Source: Mobula hypostoma
Lineage: Eukaryota
Assembly: GCF_963921235.1 (NCBI RefSeq)
Contig: NC_086108.1
Location: 36,520,001 to 36,584,000 of the forward strand
Direction: 5' to 3'
DNA: 64,000 nucleotides
Both the position numbers and the translations under genes were made by a program. Positions within the stretch are counted from its first letter, which is position 1; every line of letters starts with the position of its first letter. The notes beneath the pieces are model-generated. The model searched no databases, was not told the origin of the DNA, and saw only the letters and a program-made list of their open reading frames with translations. This document shows positions 1-12,872 of this stretch, one piece after another.

Positions 1-2045
1 AAGGTAAAATAGTACAACTGTGGCTGACAAGGGAAATCAAAGCTATTGTAAAAGCAAAAGAAAGAGCATACAACAAAGCATTGTAGGAAGATAGAGGTTT
101 GGGATTTTATATAAACCTAGAGAATGCAATTTAAAAAATCATTAGAAGGGAAAAGATGAAATATGAAAGCAAGCTAGCAAATAATATCAAACTGGGTAGT
201 AAAAACTTTTTCATGTATGTTAACAATAAAAGAGAAATGAGAGTGGATATATGACCACTAGAAGATGAGGCAGGAGAAATAATAACGCGGGACAAGGAGA
301 TGGCTGATGAACTAAATGAGCATTTTGCATCAGCCTTCACTGTGGAAGACACTAGCAGTATGCCTGATGTTGTAGTGTGTGAAGGAAGAGAAGTGGGTGC
401 AGTCACTGTTACAAGAGAGAAAGTGCTCAAAAAGCTGAAAGATCTAAATGTACATAAGTCACCCAGATCAGAGGAACTGCACCCTGGGGTTCTGAAAGAG
501 GCAGCATTAGAGATTGTGGTGGCATTGTGGTGTCCTTTAAAAAACATTGGGCTCTGGCATGGTGCCAGAAGACTGGAAAATTGCAAATGTCACTCCACTC
601 TTCAAAAAAGGAGGAAGGCAGCAGAAAGGAAATTATAGACTAGTTACCTTGACCTCAGTGGTTGGGAAGATATTGGAGTCAATTGTTAAGGATGAGGTGA
701 TGGGTTACTTGGTGACACAGGACAAGATAGTACAAAGTCAACATAGTTTCCTTCAGGGAAAATCCTGCCTGACAAACCTGTTGGAATTATTTGAGGAGAT
801 TAGAAGTAGGATAGATAAAGGGAATGCAGTGGATATTGTATATTTGGACTTTCAGAAGGCTTTGACAAGGTGCCACTCATGAGGCTGCTTACCAAATTAA
901 GAGCCCATGGTATTACAGGATAGTTACTAACATGGTTAGAGCATTCGTTGTTTGGTAGGAGACAGCGAGTGGGAATAAAAGGATCCTTTTCTGGTTGGCT
1001 GCCAGTGACTAGTGGTGTTCCACAGGGGTCAGTTTTGGGACCACTTCTTTTTATGCGGTATATCAATGCTTTAGATGATGGAATAGATGGCTTTTTTTAA
1101 ACCAAGTTTGAAGATGATACGAAGATTGGTAGAGGGGCAGGTAGTGTTGAGGAAACAGGTAGGATGCAGAAGGACTTAGACCGATTAGGAGAATGGGCAA
1201 GAAAGTGGCAAATGAAATATAATGTTGGAAAATGCATGGTCATGCACTTTGGTAGTAGAAATAAATGTGCGGACTATTTTCGAAAAGGGGAGAACATCCA
1301 GGAATCTGAGAATGCAGAAGGACTTGGGAGTCTTTGTGTAGAACACCTTAAAGGTTAACTTGCAGGTTGAGTCGGTGTTGAGGAAGGCAAATGCCATGCT
1401 AGAACTTACTTCCAGCGGTCTACAATACAAGAGCAAGGATGTGATGTTGAGGCTTTATAAGGCACTGGTGAGGACTCTCCTTGAATATTGTGAACAGTTT
1501 TGGGCCCCTCATCTTAGAAAAGATGTGCTGGCATTGGAGATGATCCAGAGGATGCTTACAAGGATGATTCCAGAAATGAAAGTGTTATCATACGAGGAAA
1601 GTTTGATGGCTCTGGGTCTGTACTTGCTGGAATTCAGAAGGATGAAGAGGGATCTCATTGAAACCTTTCGAATGTTGAAAGGCCTAGACAGAGTAGATAT
1701 GGAAAGGATGTTTCCCATGGTGGGAGAGTCTAGGACAAGAGGGCACAGCCTCAGGATAGAGGGGTGCCCTTTCAAACCAGAGATGCAGGGAAATTTCTTT
1801 AGCCAAAGGGTGGTGAATTTGTGGAATTTGTTGCCAAGTGCAGCTGTGGAGGCCAGGTCGTTGTGTGTATTTAAGGCAGAGATTGAAAGGTTCTTGATTG
1901 GACATTGCATCAAAGGTTATGAGGAGAAGATGAGAACCGGGGTTGAGGAGGATGGAAAAAAGAATCAGCCATGATTGAATGGCAGAGCAGACTCGGTGGA
2001 TCAGATGGCTTAATTCTGCTCCTATGCCTTATGGTCTTATGACCT
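1..2045 (+). mobile_element. CR1 LINE, 3' part of ORF2 (RT) plus 3' UTR, frameshifted
   Basis: ORF pieces PEDWKIANVTPLFKKG, YLDFQKA, SGVPQGSVLGP, EYCEQFWAPHLRKD, RTRGHSL..GNFFSQRVVNLWN; ends in a (CTTATGG)-type tail. Confidence 0.95.
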
Positions 2046-2469
2046 AACATCTGTGTCAACCAAGACAACTTTGGTAGTCTTCCCTTTGAAGGTGGTGGGA
2101 TCAAGTCCCACTGTGCAGCCTTCTGAGGATCACAATTACCTATCTTCACATGACATCTTAAACAAGGCCAAACTGCTTTCTTAGGAGGCTGTAAAAGATT
2201 CTATGACATTACTTTGATGTTAGCAAAATATGGAGAATAGTGTAAGCTGGTATGGAGAGTAGTGTAAGCTATTGTAGACAGGAAGCCTGTTACAGATTTG
2301 CTGAACATCTACACGCATTGATTGGCTGTTTCTTACATGCCAGCCAGTGGACTTGGATTTAAAAGTGTACAAGTGCAATGAGAATTCTGACTATTGCTGC
2401 ACAGTTATAAATAATTTCTGGCAAGTTTAATGTTTGTTTACATTTTCTGCAGTATAAATGATCACACTT

Positions 2470-2625
2470 ATGCCCAATATTCCCTTCTGGATAAACATTA
2501 CTGAGAGAAAGATTATTTGATCATTATTTTATTGTCATACATGGAAGCTTGCTCTACATAAAATTTGTAGCAGTGAGCACTTCAAAGCACCTGCTTTGTT
2601 GACTGCAAAGAAGAGCCTTGCCAAG
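2470..2625 (+). mobile_element. Degenerate Deu-domain SINE remnant (SacSINE1/AmnSINE-like)
   Basis: gcccaatattccc..aacattactgagagaaagattatttgatcattattttattg..gaagcttgct..acttcaaagcac resembles the Deu central domain (recognised by eye). Confidence 0.45.
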
Positions 2626-2951
2626 CTTTTGCAAAGTACAATATACTGTACATGCATGCTGTTTGATGCCCAATCTCCTAAATGTTCATAGATTTTACAA
2701 TGTTGTCAGTGTATTCCAGGTTACAGACAGTGGCTTACTGAACAAATGGCTTACAAAGTTCAAAAGAAATTTATTTTCACAAGCGATTCAGAATGATAAA
2801 AACCTGAGCATGAAATAACCTCCAGTTATGGTGGACTTAGCATGAAGTATGGACAGGAAACAGGTGCAACTAAAACACGTGATTTCACCATTTCACATGG
2901 AGCTGAGGGACAACGTATGTACAGGGAGGGAAACACAAACTGCCTGTTTCA

Positions 2952-3770
2952 CAGAATCAGAATCAGAATCAGTTTTAATATCACCGGCATATGTCATGAA
3001 ATTTGGTAACTTTGCAGCAGTAGTACAATGCAATAGATGATAATATAGAAAAAAAGGTAAATCAAATATATAGATATATATATATATATAGATATATATA
3101 TATAGATATATATATATAGATATAGATATATATATATATATATAAAAATATTTACATTAAAAATAGTGCTAAATCTGAAATAATAAAGGTGAGGTAGTGT
3201 TCATGGGTTCAATGTTCATTTGGAAATTGGATGGCAGAGGGGAAGCTGTTCCTGAATTGCTGAGTGTGTGCCTTCAAGCTTCTGTACTTCCTTCCTGATG
3301 GTAACAGTGAGAGGAGGGCTTGTCCTGGTTGAGGGGCTCCTTAATGCTGGACACCGCCTTCCTGAGACACTGTTCATTGTCTTGGATACTATGGAGGTTA
3401 GTACCCAAGATGGAGCTGACTAATTTCGCAACCTTCTGTAGCTTCTTTTGATCCAGTGCAGTAGCCCTCTTACCCCCGCCCCCCGCCCCATACCAGACAG
3501 AGATGCAGTCCATGGTACATCTGTTCATTACTCACTCTCTCCTCTTTCTTCTTACTGATGCTGAGTGCCAGGTTGTTGCTGTGACACCAGTCAACCGGCT
3601 GCTGTACCTCACTCCTGGATGCCTTCTCGTCTCCATATGAAATTCTGCCAACAATAGTTGTATCGTCAGCAAATTTATAGCTGGCATTTGAGCTGTACCG
3701 AGCCAGACAGTCATGGGTATAGAGAGAGTAGAGCAGTGGGCTAAGCACACATTGCTGAGGTGTGCCAGTG
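2952..3770 (-). mobile_element. Rex1/Babar-type LINE 3' fragment
   Basis: LSPLLYSLYTHDC..KFADDTTIVGRIS (ORF 3470-3748); (CTGATT)n tail at 2952-2971. Confidence 0.85.
3066..3144. repeat. (AT)n/(AGAT) microsatellite
   Basis: Seen directly. Confidence 0.95.
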
Positions 3771-4829
3771 TCGATCTAGGGCTGATCCTAGTGGATGACC
3801 TCTTTCTAGTCATGGAACTGGGGATAGTCAGTGATTTAATCCCCTGATAAGGACCAGTAAAGAAGATAAAACCTGCCACTTTCAAACTCATTTTCCATTT
3901 TACAAGGATGATGGAATCCAAATATACAAGCCACAAGCACTATATAAAACATTTTAGCTGGTTTGACCTAAGGTTTTCCAGCTCAACATGTGATGCTGTA
4001 GCAGATGTGCTTTGTAAGGAGTTTCCAGCTTTCAGGTCCATTAACTTCTCTATTGTTTTCTTTAAAACTCAACGAACCCCATTTGTTTTTTGTTGATGAT
4101 CTGGATATTCATCTGGGGACTATCTCCATCTAAGTGGCTGTGGATATGGCAATCACTGAAGCTATGGATTGTACTGTGAAATGCCAAGAGTTCCAAGCCA
4201 AACCATCAGCATTTCCCAGTATAAATATAACCAAGAGGTCCAACTTGTAGAGACTCTTCTGTGCTTACACTGAAGGGACTCTGTCTGATCCTGTGTCACG
4301 GTGGCAGAGGTATCTGTGAAGCTATTGAATTTAAATGATTCTGGGGGTGGGCGGGGAGTGGATGGTAGAAAAGGGACGAGTAAGCTCCTCTTTTACTTTT
4401 TTTAGATCAGTAATTATTTTTCAAATAGTTTTGCATTCTTTCCAACTGTCAGACATTTAGAAACATTTAAGCAGCTTTGACAGTCAGCAAAGCTGGAGGG
4501 AAGGTTGTCAAGGGCTTTTGAGGGAGCTTCAGGAGCAAGCTCTCTTCATCATATCATTCAAGGCCCCCTTGCTAGGTCCTGGGATGGTTGCAGCTAGCCA
4601 TTTGAGTTCAGTGTATCTGAATTGAATGCATTTTGGACAACGGCATACACAGTACGATGTTTTCAAGGCTTTTGACTGGGAGTAATTTAGAGACCTAGAG
4701 AGAGTCAGAATGGAAAACAGTCTTTCACCCTACCATGTAAACATTGACCATCAGCCATCTATTTACAGTCATTCTATCCAAACCCGTTTTATTCCTCCCA
4801 TATTCTTATCAACATCCGCACCCACCTCA

Positions 4830-5022
4830 CCCAGCTTTTACCACTCACTACACGTCAGTGGCAATTTACAATGGATAACTAACTTACCAACCTGCACATC
4901 AATGCGATGGGAGAAATCAATGCTCATCACAAGGAGAAAGTAAAATCGCAACATGGGCCAGATGTTGAGATTAAACCCTGGACCGTGGAATTGTGAGGCT
5001 ACAGCTCTAGGGGCTGTATAAC
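4830..5022 (-). mobile_element. Degenerate V-SINE (HE1-like) remnant
   Basis: ggcaatttacaatg..taacttaccaacctgcacatc..gggagaaa resembles the better-preserved copy at 24080-24271. Confidence 0.5.
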
Positions 5023-5025
5023 CAA

Positions 5026-5305
5026 CATATAACAATTACAGCACGGAAACAGGCTGTCTCGGCCCTTCTAGTCCATGCCAAACTCTTACTCTCACCTAGT
5101 CCCACCGACCCGCACTAAGCTCATAACCCTCCATTCCTTCCCTATCCATATAGCTGTCCAATTTAACTTTAAACGTCAACATCGAACCTGCCTCAACCAC
5201 TTCTGCTGGAAGCTCGTTCCACTCAGCTACCACTCTCTGAGTAAAGAAGTTCCCCCTCATGTTACCCCTAAACTTTTGCCCTTTAACTCTCAACTCATGT
5301 CCTCA
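5026..5305 (-). mobile_element. CR1 LINE 3' end fragment
   Basis: ORF 5096-5293 RGNFFTQRVVAEWNELP..FKVKLDSYM plus CR1 3' UTR. Confidence 0.9.
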
Positions 5306-6799
5306 GGCTGTGGCACTGTACTCCCCAATTTTGACGGCTGTAAACAGTGAGGCAAAAGGAGCTGAGGAGGGTGAGTAAAACTGAGGTTCAGATAAGGCCT
5401 GAACAGCCCACTGCTCTTCCAATGTTCAATTCACATACGTTCTATTTTCTCTTTGGTGCGATGAAATGCATCTGTAATCTGCTCGAGCCCTGGGGCGCAG
5501 AGTCAGTTTTGGAATTGCTGAACAAATTCAAATAAATGAGTAGTCACACAGGCCAGAATGTCTGTCTGTGAACATTCAAAGACAAATTGATCTCATTAGT
5601 ATGTGCAGTGCAACAGCTTGTTAATGATGTGCCCTTCAGGACTGTGACTTGCATTCCAGCAAAGTGTAATGGCTGGTGCCACTTATAATTTGAAGAGCTT
5701 TCTGCCATCTACCTTCTGTGTTTCCAAGTACCCCGGCAGTTTTAAATTCAACCTCAAGATAAACCAGGCTTGCTTGTGCTGTTCTGCAGTCGTTCTATAA
5801 ATCACGGTGAATGCTGCAGGCATTTATTTATTATGTAATATTTGCATGAAATCTAAGCTAACAATGGGTTTGGTGATGAGGATCCTACTGTTGCATACGA
5901 TAGCATGCCTGGCAGAGCTTTGCCTCACAAAGCTGGCAGGGTGGTGCAGGTAAGGAGACAGGCTGAGTCACACCTCCAGAGGCATGGCTTCACATGAGAC
6001 CTCTGGTGTTACCTGGGTTGAGGTCAGATATTCTCCCTGTGGCTGCTTGCTCTATGTGCTCTAATTTCTTCCGTTGTACTAAAGATGTGTGGAATGGTAA
6101 TTTAGTTAGTATTTAAATTGGCTTTAATTATTAAAGGGGTTATAAGCATAAATCCAGCAAAGAATTCAGAAGAAATTCCTTTATCCAGCTGGCGGCAAGA
6201 ATGTGTAATTTGCTACTGTTGGAATAGTTGAGACAAGCAGCATGAGGCACATTGGGAGGAAGAAAGGAATAGGAGGACATGTTGATAGGGTTAACTGAGG
6301 AGTTTGAAGGAGGATTGTGCAGTGGGTAATATAGGAGTATAGCAACAAAAGGACTAACTCCCCCATTATTTTCCGGCATTACAAGGTCGACAACACTCCC
6401 TGATCTCCCTTTGCCCCAAATCTCCGGATGACAACTTGGTCAGATGAACGAGCTGTGCTGAAGAGCCTGTTTCCGTGGTCTATAACTCTGTGACTCAGTA
6501 ATGATAGCTAATGCTGCTCTCATTGGTAATTTGTGTGAAAGGAATAGAACCGTGCATGATCAGATAGACTCTTGAACTCACTATGGCCTTGCACCTTATC
6601 ATTTGCTGCACAGGACTTTCTTTGCAACCATACTATTCTGCAACCTGTTATTGGTTTTGCCTTGCTTTACCTCAGTGTACTGATGTGTTGAAATAATCTT
6701 CACTTATGGCATGCAAAACAAATTTTATCACTGTGACAATAATAGAACAATTTATAACTTAAAATCTAAGGTGACTAGATCTGCATTAATCAGGAATGT

Positions 6800-7015
6800 T
6801 GTTAGATTTGGAGCAAAGTTTAGGTGCAAGGTTGCTGTTATGACACCACTCAACCAACTGATCTAACAACTCACTCCTGTACGCTTCCACTTTGCCATCA
6901 GAGATTTTACCAACAACAGTGGTGTCCTCTGTGAATTTATTGATGGCATTTAAGCTGTGCTCAGCCACATGGTGATGTGAGAAGGGAGAGTAGAAAAGTG
7001 GGTTAAGCATGCATC
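6800..7015 (-). mobile_element. Rex1/Babar-type RT fragment
   Basis: LNPLFYS..INKFTEDTTVVGKISDG..LVEWCHNSNL. Confidence 0.75.
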
Positions 7016-7164
7016 CATGGTTTAACCACATTTTTACAAGGTGACCAAACAAGTGTGGTCTCACCTGCATACAGCTGCAACACGATTGACTGGTCTGTCA
7101 TGCTCTGACTGACGAAGGTCTAAACCACCCTGTCTATATGTGACATTGCTCTCGGTGAGCTATG

Positions 7165-7842
7165 CACTTGCACCCAACGTCAGCAAGACAAGGAGTTGAT
7201 TGTGGACTTCAGGAAGAAGTCAGAGAAATGCGCACCGGGGGTCAGAGATGGAAAGGGTGAGCAGCTTCAAGTTCCTTCGTGTCAACGTCCTGTGCTCAAC
7301 ACATTGATAAAATTAGGAAGGAGATATGCCAGCAGCTTTACTTGATTAGGAGTTGAAGAAGATCTGGTATGTCACTAAAGACTCCTGTAAATTTCTACAG
7401 ATGTACCAAGGACAGGATCCTGCCTGGTTGCATCGTTGTCTGGTATGGAGGCTCCAGTGAAAATGATTTCAAGAGGATGTAGATTCAAACAGCTCCATAT
7501 CTCTAAATCTTCAAGAGGCAGTCCCATAAGAAAGTGAAATCATCACTAAAGACCCTTGCCATCAGGGATATGACCTCTTCTCACTATTACCATCAGAGAA
7601 GAGATACAGGAGACTGAAGGCCCGCACTTAGCGATTCAGAAACAGCTTCTTCACCTCCACCATCAGATTTCTGAACTGTCCATGAACTCATGGACCATTA
7701 CACAATCTTGTTATTCCATTTTTTGGAGTATTTATTTACTCTGTAGTTTATAGTAGTTTTATGTTTTTTCACTGTACTACTGCCACAAAAAACTGACAGA
7801 TCTCAGGTCACTTGAGAGTGACAATAAACCTGATTCTGAAAC
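7165..7842 (+). mobile_element. Rex1/Babar-type LINE 3' end
   Basis: Decayed NVSKTRELIVDFR..FKFL..NFYRCT..LFSLLPS..RYR; ends acaataaacctgattctga. Confidence 0.75.
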
Positions 7843-8036
7843 TAGGAAGTGCACAGAAAAGATTTGCAATGAACTTGCCAGGAGTAGAGGGAAAGCTTAT
7901 CCAAGCTTGGTCTTTATTTCTTGGTATGCGGGAGAATGGGGACGGTGACCTTGTAGAATGTTTAAAATTATGAGAGGTGTAAATGTGGTGGATGGTAGCA
8001 GTCTTTACCCGGGCTAGGGGAGACCAACACTTGGAG

Positions 8037-11000
8037 CATAGAAACATAGAAACATAGAAACATAGAAAATAGGTGCAGGAGTAGGCCATTCGGCCCTTCG
8101 AGCCTGCACCGCCATTTATTATGATCATGGCTGATCATCCAACTCAGAACCCCGCCCCAGCCTTCCCTCCATACCCCCTGACCCCTGTAGCCACAAGGGC
8201 CATATCTAACTTCCTTTTAAACATAGCTAATGAACTGGCCTCAACAGTTTGCTGTGGCAGAGAATTCCACAGATTCACCACTCTCTGTGTGAAGAAGTTT
8301 TTCCTAACCTCGGTCCTAAAAGGCTTCCCCTCTATCCTCAAACTGTGACCCCTCGTTCTAGACCTCCCCAACATCGGGAACAATCTTCCCGCATCTAGCC
8401 TGTCCAATCCCTTTAGGATCTTATACGTTTCAATCAGATCCCCCCTCAATCTTCTAAATTCCAATGAGTACAAGCCCAGTTCATCCAGTCTTTCTTCATA
8501 TGAAAGACCTGCCATCCCAGGAATCAATCTGGTGAACCTTCTTTGTACTCCCTCTATGGCAAAGATGTCTTTCCTCAGATTAGGGGACCAAAACTGCACA
8601 CAATACTCCAGTTGTGGTCTCACCAAGGCCTTGTACAACTGCAGTAGTACCTCCCTGCTCCTGTACTCGAATCCTCTCGCTATAAATGCCAGCATACCGT
8701 TCGCCTTTTTCACCGCCTGCTGTACCTGCATGCCCACTTTCAATGACTGGTGTATAGTGACACCCAGGTCTCGTTGCACCTCCCCTTTTCCTAATCGGCC
8801 ACCATTCAGATAATAATCTGTTTTCCTATTTTTGCCACCAAAGTGGATAACTTCACATTTATCCACATTAAATTGCATCTGCCATGAGTTTGCCCACTCA
8901 CCCAACCTATCCAAGTCACCCTGCATCCTCTTAGCATCCTCCTCACTGCTAACACTGCCACCCAGCTTTGTGTCATCCGCAAACTTGGAGATGCTGCATT
9001 TAATTCCCTCATCCAAGTCATTAATATATATTGTAAACAACTGGGGTCCCAGCACTGAGCCTTGCGGTACCCCACTAGTCACCGCCTGCCATTCTGAAAA
9101 GGTCCCGTTTATTCCCACTCTTTGCTTCCTGTCTGCTAACCAATTCTCCACCCACACCAATACCTTACCCCCAATACCGTGTGCTTTAAGTTTGCACACT
9201 AATCTCCTATGTGGGACCTTGTCAAAAGCCTTTTGAAAATCCAAATATACCACATCCACTGGTTCTCCCCTATCCACTCTACTAGTTACATCCTCAAAAA
9301 ATTCTATGAGATTCGTCAGACATGATTTTCCTTTCACAAATCCATGCTGACTTTGTCCGATCATTTCACCGTTGTCCGATCATTTCACCGCTTTCCAAAT
9401 GTGCTGTTATCACATCCTTGATAACTGACTCCAGCAGTTTCCCCACCACCGACGTTAGGCTAACCGGCCTATAATTCCCCGGTTTCTCTCTCCCTCCTTT
9501 TTTAAAAAGTGGGGTTACATTAGCCACCCTCCAATCCTCAGGAACTAGTCCAGAATCTAACGAGTTTTGAAAAATTATCACTAATGCATCCACTATTTCT
9601 TGGGCCACTTCCTTAAGCACTCTGGGATGCAGACCATCTGGCCCTGGGGATTTATCTGCCTTCAATCCCTTCAATTTACCTAACACCACTTCCCTACTAA
9701 CATGTATTTCGCTCAGTTCCTCCATCTCACTGGACCCTCTGTCCCTTACTATTTCTGGAAGATTATTTATGTCCTCCTTAGTGAAGACAGAACCAAAGTA
9801 ATTATTCAATTGGTCTGCCATGTCCTTGCTCCCCATAATCAATTCACCTGCTTCTGTTTGCAGGGGACCTACATTTGTCTTTATCAGTCTTTTCCTTTTT
9901 ACATATCTATAAAAGCTTTTACAGTCCGTTTTTATGTTCTCTGCCAGTTTTCTCTCATAATCTTTTTTCCCCTTCCTAATTAAGCCCTTTGTCCTCCTCT
10001 GCTGAACTCTGAATTTCTCCCAGTCCTCAGGTGAGCCACTTTCTCTGGCTAATTTGTATGCTACTTCTTTGGAATTGATACTATCCCTAATTTCTCTTGT
10101 CAGTCACGGGTGCACTACCTTCCTTGATTTATTCTTTTGCCAAACTGGGATGAACAATTGTTGTAGTTCATCCATGCAACCTTTAAATGCCTGCCATTGC
10201 ATATCCACCGTCAATCCTTGAAGTGTCATTTGCCAGTCTATCTTAGCTAATTCATGTCTCATACCTTCAAAGTTACCCCTCTTTAAGTTCAGAACCTTTG
10301 TTTCTGAATTAACTACGTCACTCTCCATGTTAATGAAGAATTCCACCATATTATGGTCACTCTTACCCAAGGGGCCTCTCACGACAAGATCGCTAATTAA
10401 CCCTTCCTCATTGCTCAAAACCCAGTCCAGAATAGCCTGCTCTCTAGTCGGTTCCTTGACATGTTGGTTCAAAAAACCATCCCGCATACATTCCAAGAAA
10501 TCCTCTTCCTCAGCACCTTTACCAATTTGGTTCACCCAGTCTACATGTAGATTGAAGTCACCCATTATAACTGCTGTTCCTTTATTGCACACATTTCTAA
10601 TTTCCTGTTTAATACCATCTCCGACCTCACTACTACTGTTAGGTTGCCTGTACACAACTCCCACCAGCGTCTTCTGCCCCTTAGTGTTACGCAGCTCTAC
10701 CCATATCGATTCCACATCTTCCTGGCTTATGTCCTTCCTTTCTATTGCGTTAATCTCTTTTTTAACCAGCAACGCCACCCCACCTCCCCTTCCTTCGTGT
10801 CTATCCCTCCTGAATATTGAATATCCCTGAACGTTGAGCTCCCATCCCTGGTCACCCTGGAGCCATGTCTCTGTGATCCCAACTATATCATAATCATTAA
10901 TAACAATCTGCACTTTCAATTCATCCACCTTGTTACGAATGCTCCTTGCATTGACACAGAAAGCCTTCAGGCGCTCTTTTACAACTCTCTTAGCCCTTTT

Positions 11001-11575
11001 TAATGCTTGCCCTGGATTTGTCGGCCTGCCACTTTTACTTTTCCCCTTTGTACTTTTTGCTTCTACGCTCACTTTACACCCCTCTGTCTCTCTGCACTGG
11101 TTCCCATCCCTCTGTTGTGAACTAACCTCCTCACACCTAGCCGCTTTAATTTGATTCCCACCCCCCAACCATTCTAGTTTAAAGTCACCTCAGTAGCCCC
11201 CGCTAATCTCCCTGCCAGGATATTGGTCCCCCTAGGATTTAAGTGTAACCCGTCCTTTTTGTACAGGTCACACCTGCGCCAAAAGAGGTCCCAATGATCC
11301 AAAAACTTGAATCCCTGCCCCCTGCTCCAATCCCTCAGCCACGCATTTATCCTCCACCTCATCGCATTCCTACTCTCACTGTCGCGTGGCACAGGCAGTA
11401 ATCCCGAGATTACTACCTTTGCGGTCCTTTTTCTCAACTCCCTTCCTAGCTCCCTATATTCTTCTTTCAGGACCTCATCCCTTTTCCTACCTATGTCATT
11501 GGTACCTATATGTACCAGGACCTCTGGCTCTTCACCCTCCCACTTCAGGATATCTTGGACACGATCAGAAATATC
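8037..11575 (-). mobile_element. Young CR1 LINE: 5'-truncated ORF1 (SGNH esterase), near-intact ORF2 (APE endonuclease + RT)
   Basis: ORF1 HIGTNDIG..DGLHLN; EN NARS/ITETWL/GDFN/SDHN; RT GVPQGSVLGP/KFADD; (TTTCTATG)n tail; broken by a TGA at 10104-10106 and a 19-bp duplication at 9353-9390. Confidence 0.97.
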
Positions 11576-11676
11576 AGATTTAGGGTGAAAGGGGAAAGGT
11601 TTAAAAGGGATGAGGGGCAACTTTTAAACATTGAGAGGAGGCAACATATGGAATGGGCTGCCCATGGCTGTGGTTG

Positions 11677-12213
11677 TGTCACAACCACGGATTCGGCAGC
11701 ACAGTAGATACGGCAATTGCGCTTTTAAATATGGACGTCAGCTAATTATTATTTAATCCTGACAGTATATATCTCCATACTTGTCTTCGTGGTGCTTGTC
11801 GAGACTTGGACAGAGCACGGCAACACTTCACTTTTGTTTGCATCGGCCTTCCCTGACAAATTGGACTGTCGGGTCAACTGACTGAAGACTAGTGGTATTC
11901 GTTTAATTAGATGTTCCTTTCAGCTGCAGCATTGGCTTCGTTTCCCATTTGAGAGTTTTAGTTAATGGCTTTGTTTTATTTTTCCTTTTAATACTGTTCA
12001 CATTAAAGTTTTATGAACTATTGAACCACGTCAGTGTCTCTCACTCTGCACTTTGGCCATATCCGAACCCGGCGACAGCAAGTCTCGACAAAGCACTACG
12101 ACGACAAATATGGAGTTAAGTGCTATCACGATTAAATAATGATTAGCTGACACGTGCATATTCACAAGCACAATTGCCGTATCTACTGTGCTGCCGAATC
12201 CGTGGTTGTGACA
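11677..12213. mobile_element. 537-bp non-coding element with long terminal inverted repeats, TG..CA ends and GGTTG TSD
   Basis: 11677-11719 is the exact reverse complement of 12171-12213, continuing imperfectly to about 90 bp; GGTTG at 11672-11676 and 12214-12218. Confidence 0.9.
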
Positions 12214-12302
12214 GGTTGAGACAGATATAATAGTATCATTTAAAAAGCATTTGGATAGGTTAGTGGAGGGGCTGGGTTTAGAAGGATATGGGCCAAATGT
12301 AG

Positions 12303-12809
12303 TGTAACTCTCACTTCGGCTAGCGGCTTAAACTTAAGAAATCTTGTTTGGGTGGATGCTGTATGATGTGTCCCCTGTTACAAATCAGTACCCTAAAATA
12401 ACAAACAGTACACAATATGCCATTGAACGTTTAAGCTTTATAATTCTTACTTTGACTAAGTGGTTAGTAAAGAAAATGAAAAAAAAGAAAAAGGGCCCAA
12501 TCTTATGAAACAGTCCATTGCGCAATGTTGGAGCTCACTGATAAGCCGGTGGTCCACCGTCGACCTTCTCCGATCATCGCTGCCCTTCGGACCCTCGTTT
12601 CAAATCTACCCCATCTGGTGGACTACCAACTCTCCCTATTTGTGGCTTCTCTCCTCATCTCTCCCTGGCCAAAGACCGTGAAAATATCTCTTCCAGACTC
12701 ACAAGAAAGAACATCAGCATTCCTGACCCTGTTTTCTCTAGTCATAACCCAAACATTGCTGCTACAGAGAAACCATTACATTATCAGTGAAACCTTACAG
12801 CATGTTACG
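12303..12809 (-). repeat. Gypsy 3' LTR
   Basis: Direct repeat of 18780-18978 + 23139-23480; adjoins the PPT. Confidence 0.93.
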
Positions 12810-12822
12810 CTCTTCCCCCGCC
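12810..12822 (-). other. Polypurine tract of the Gypsy element
   Basis: Minus strand GGCGGGGGAAGAG immediately before the 3' LTR. Confidence 0.8.
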
Positions 12823-12872
12823 AAATTTAGTCATGTCCTTATGACGTTGAGATAACTTGCCAACCCTTCCTG

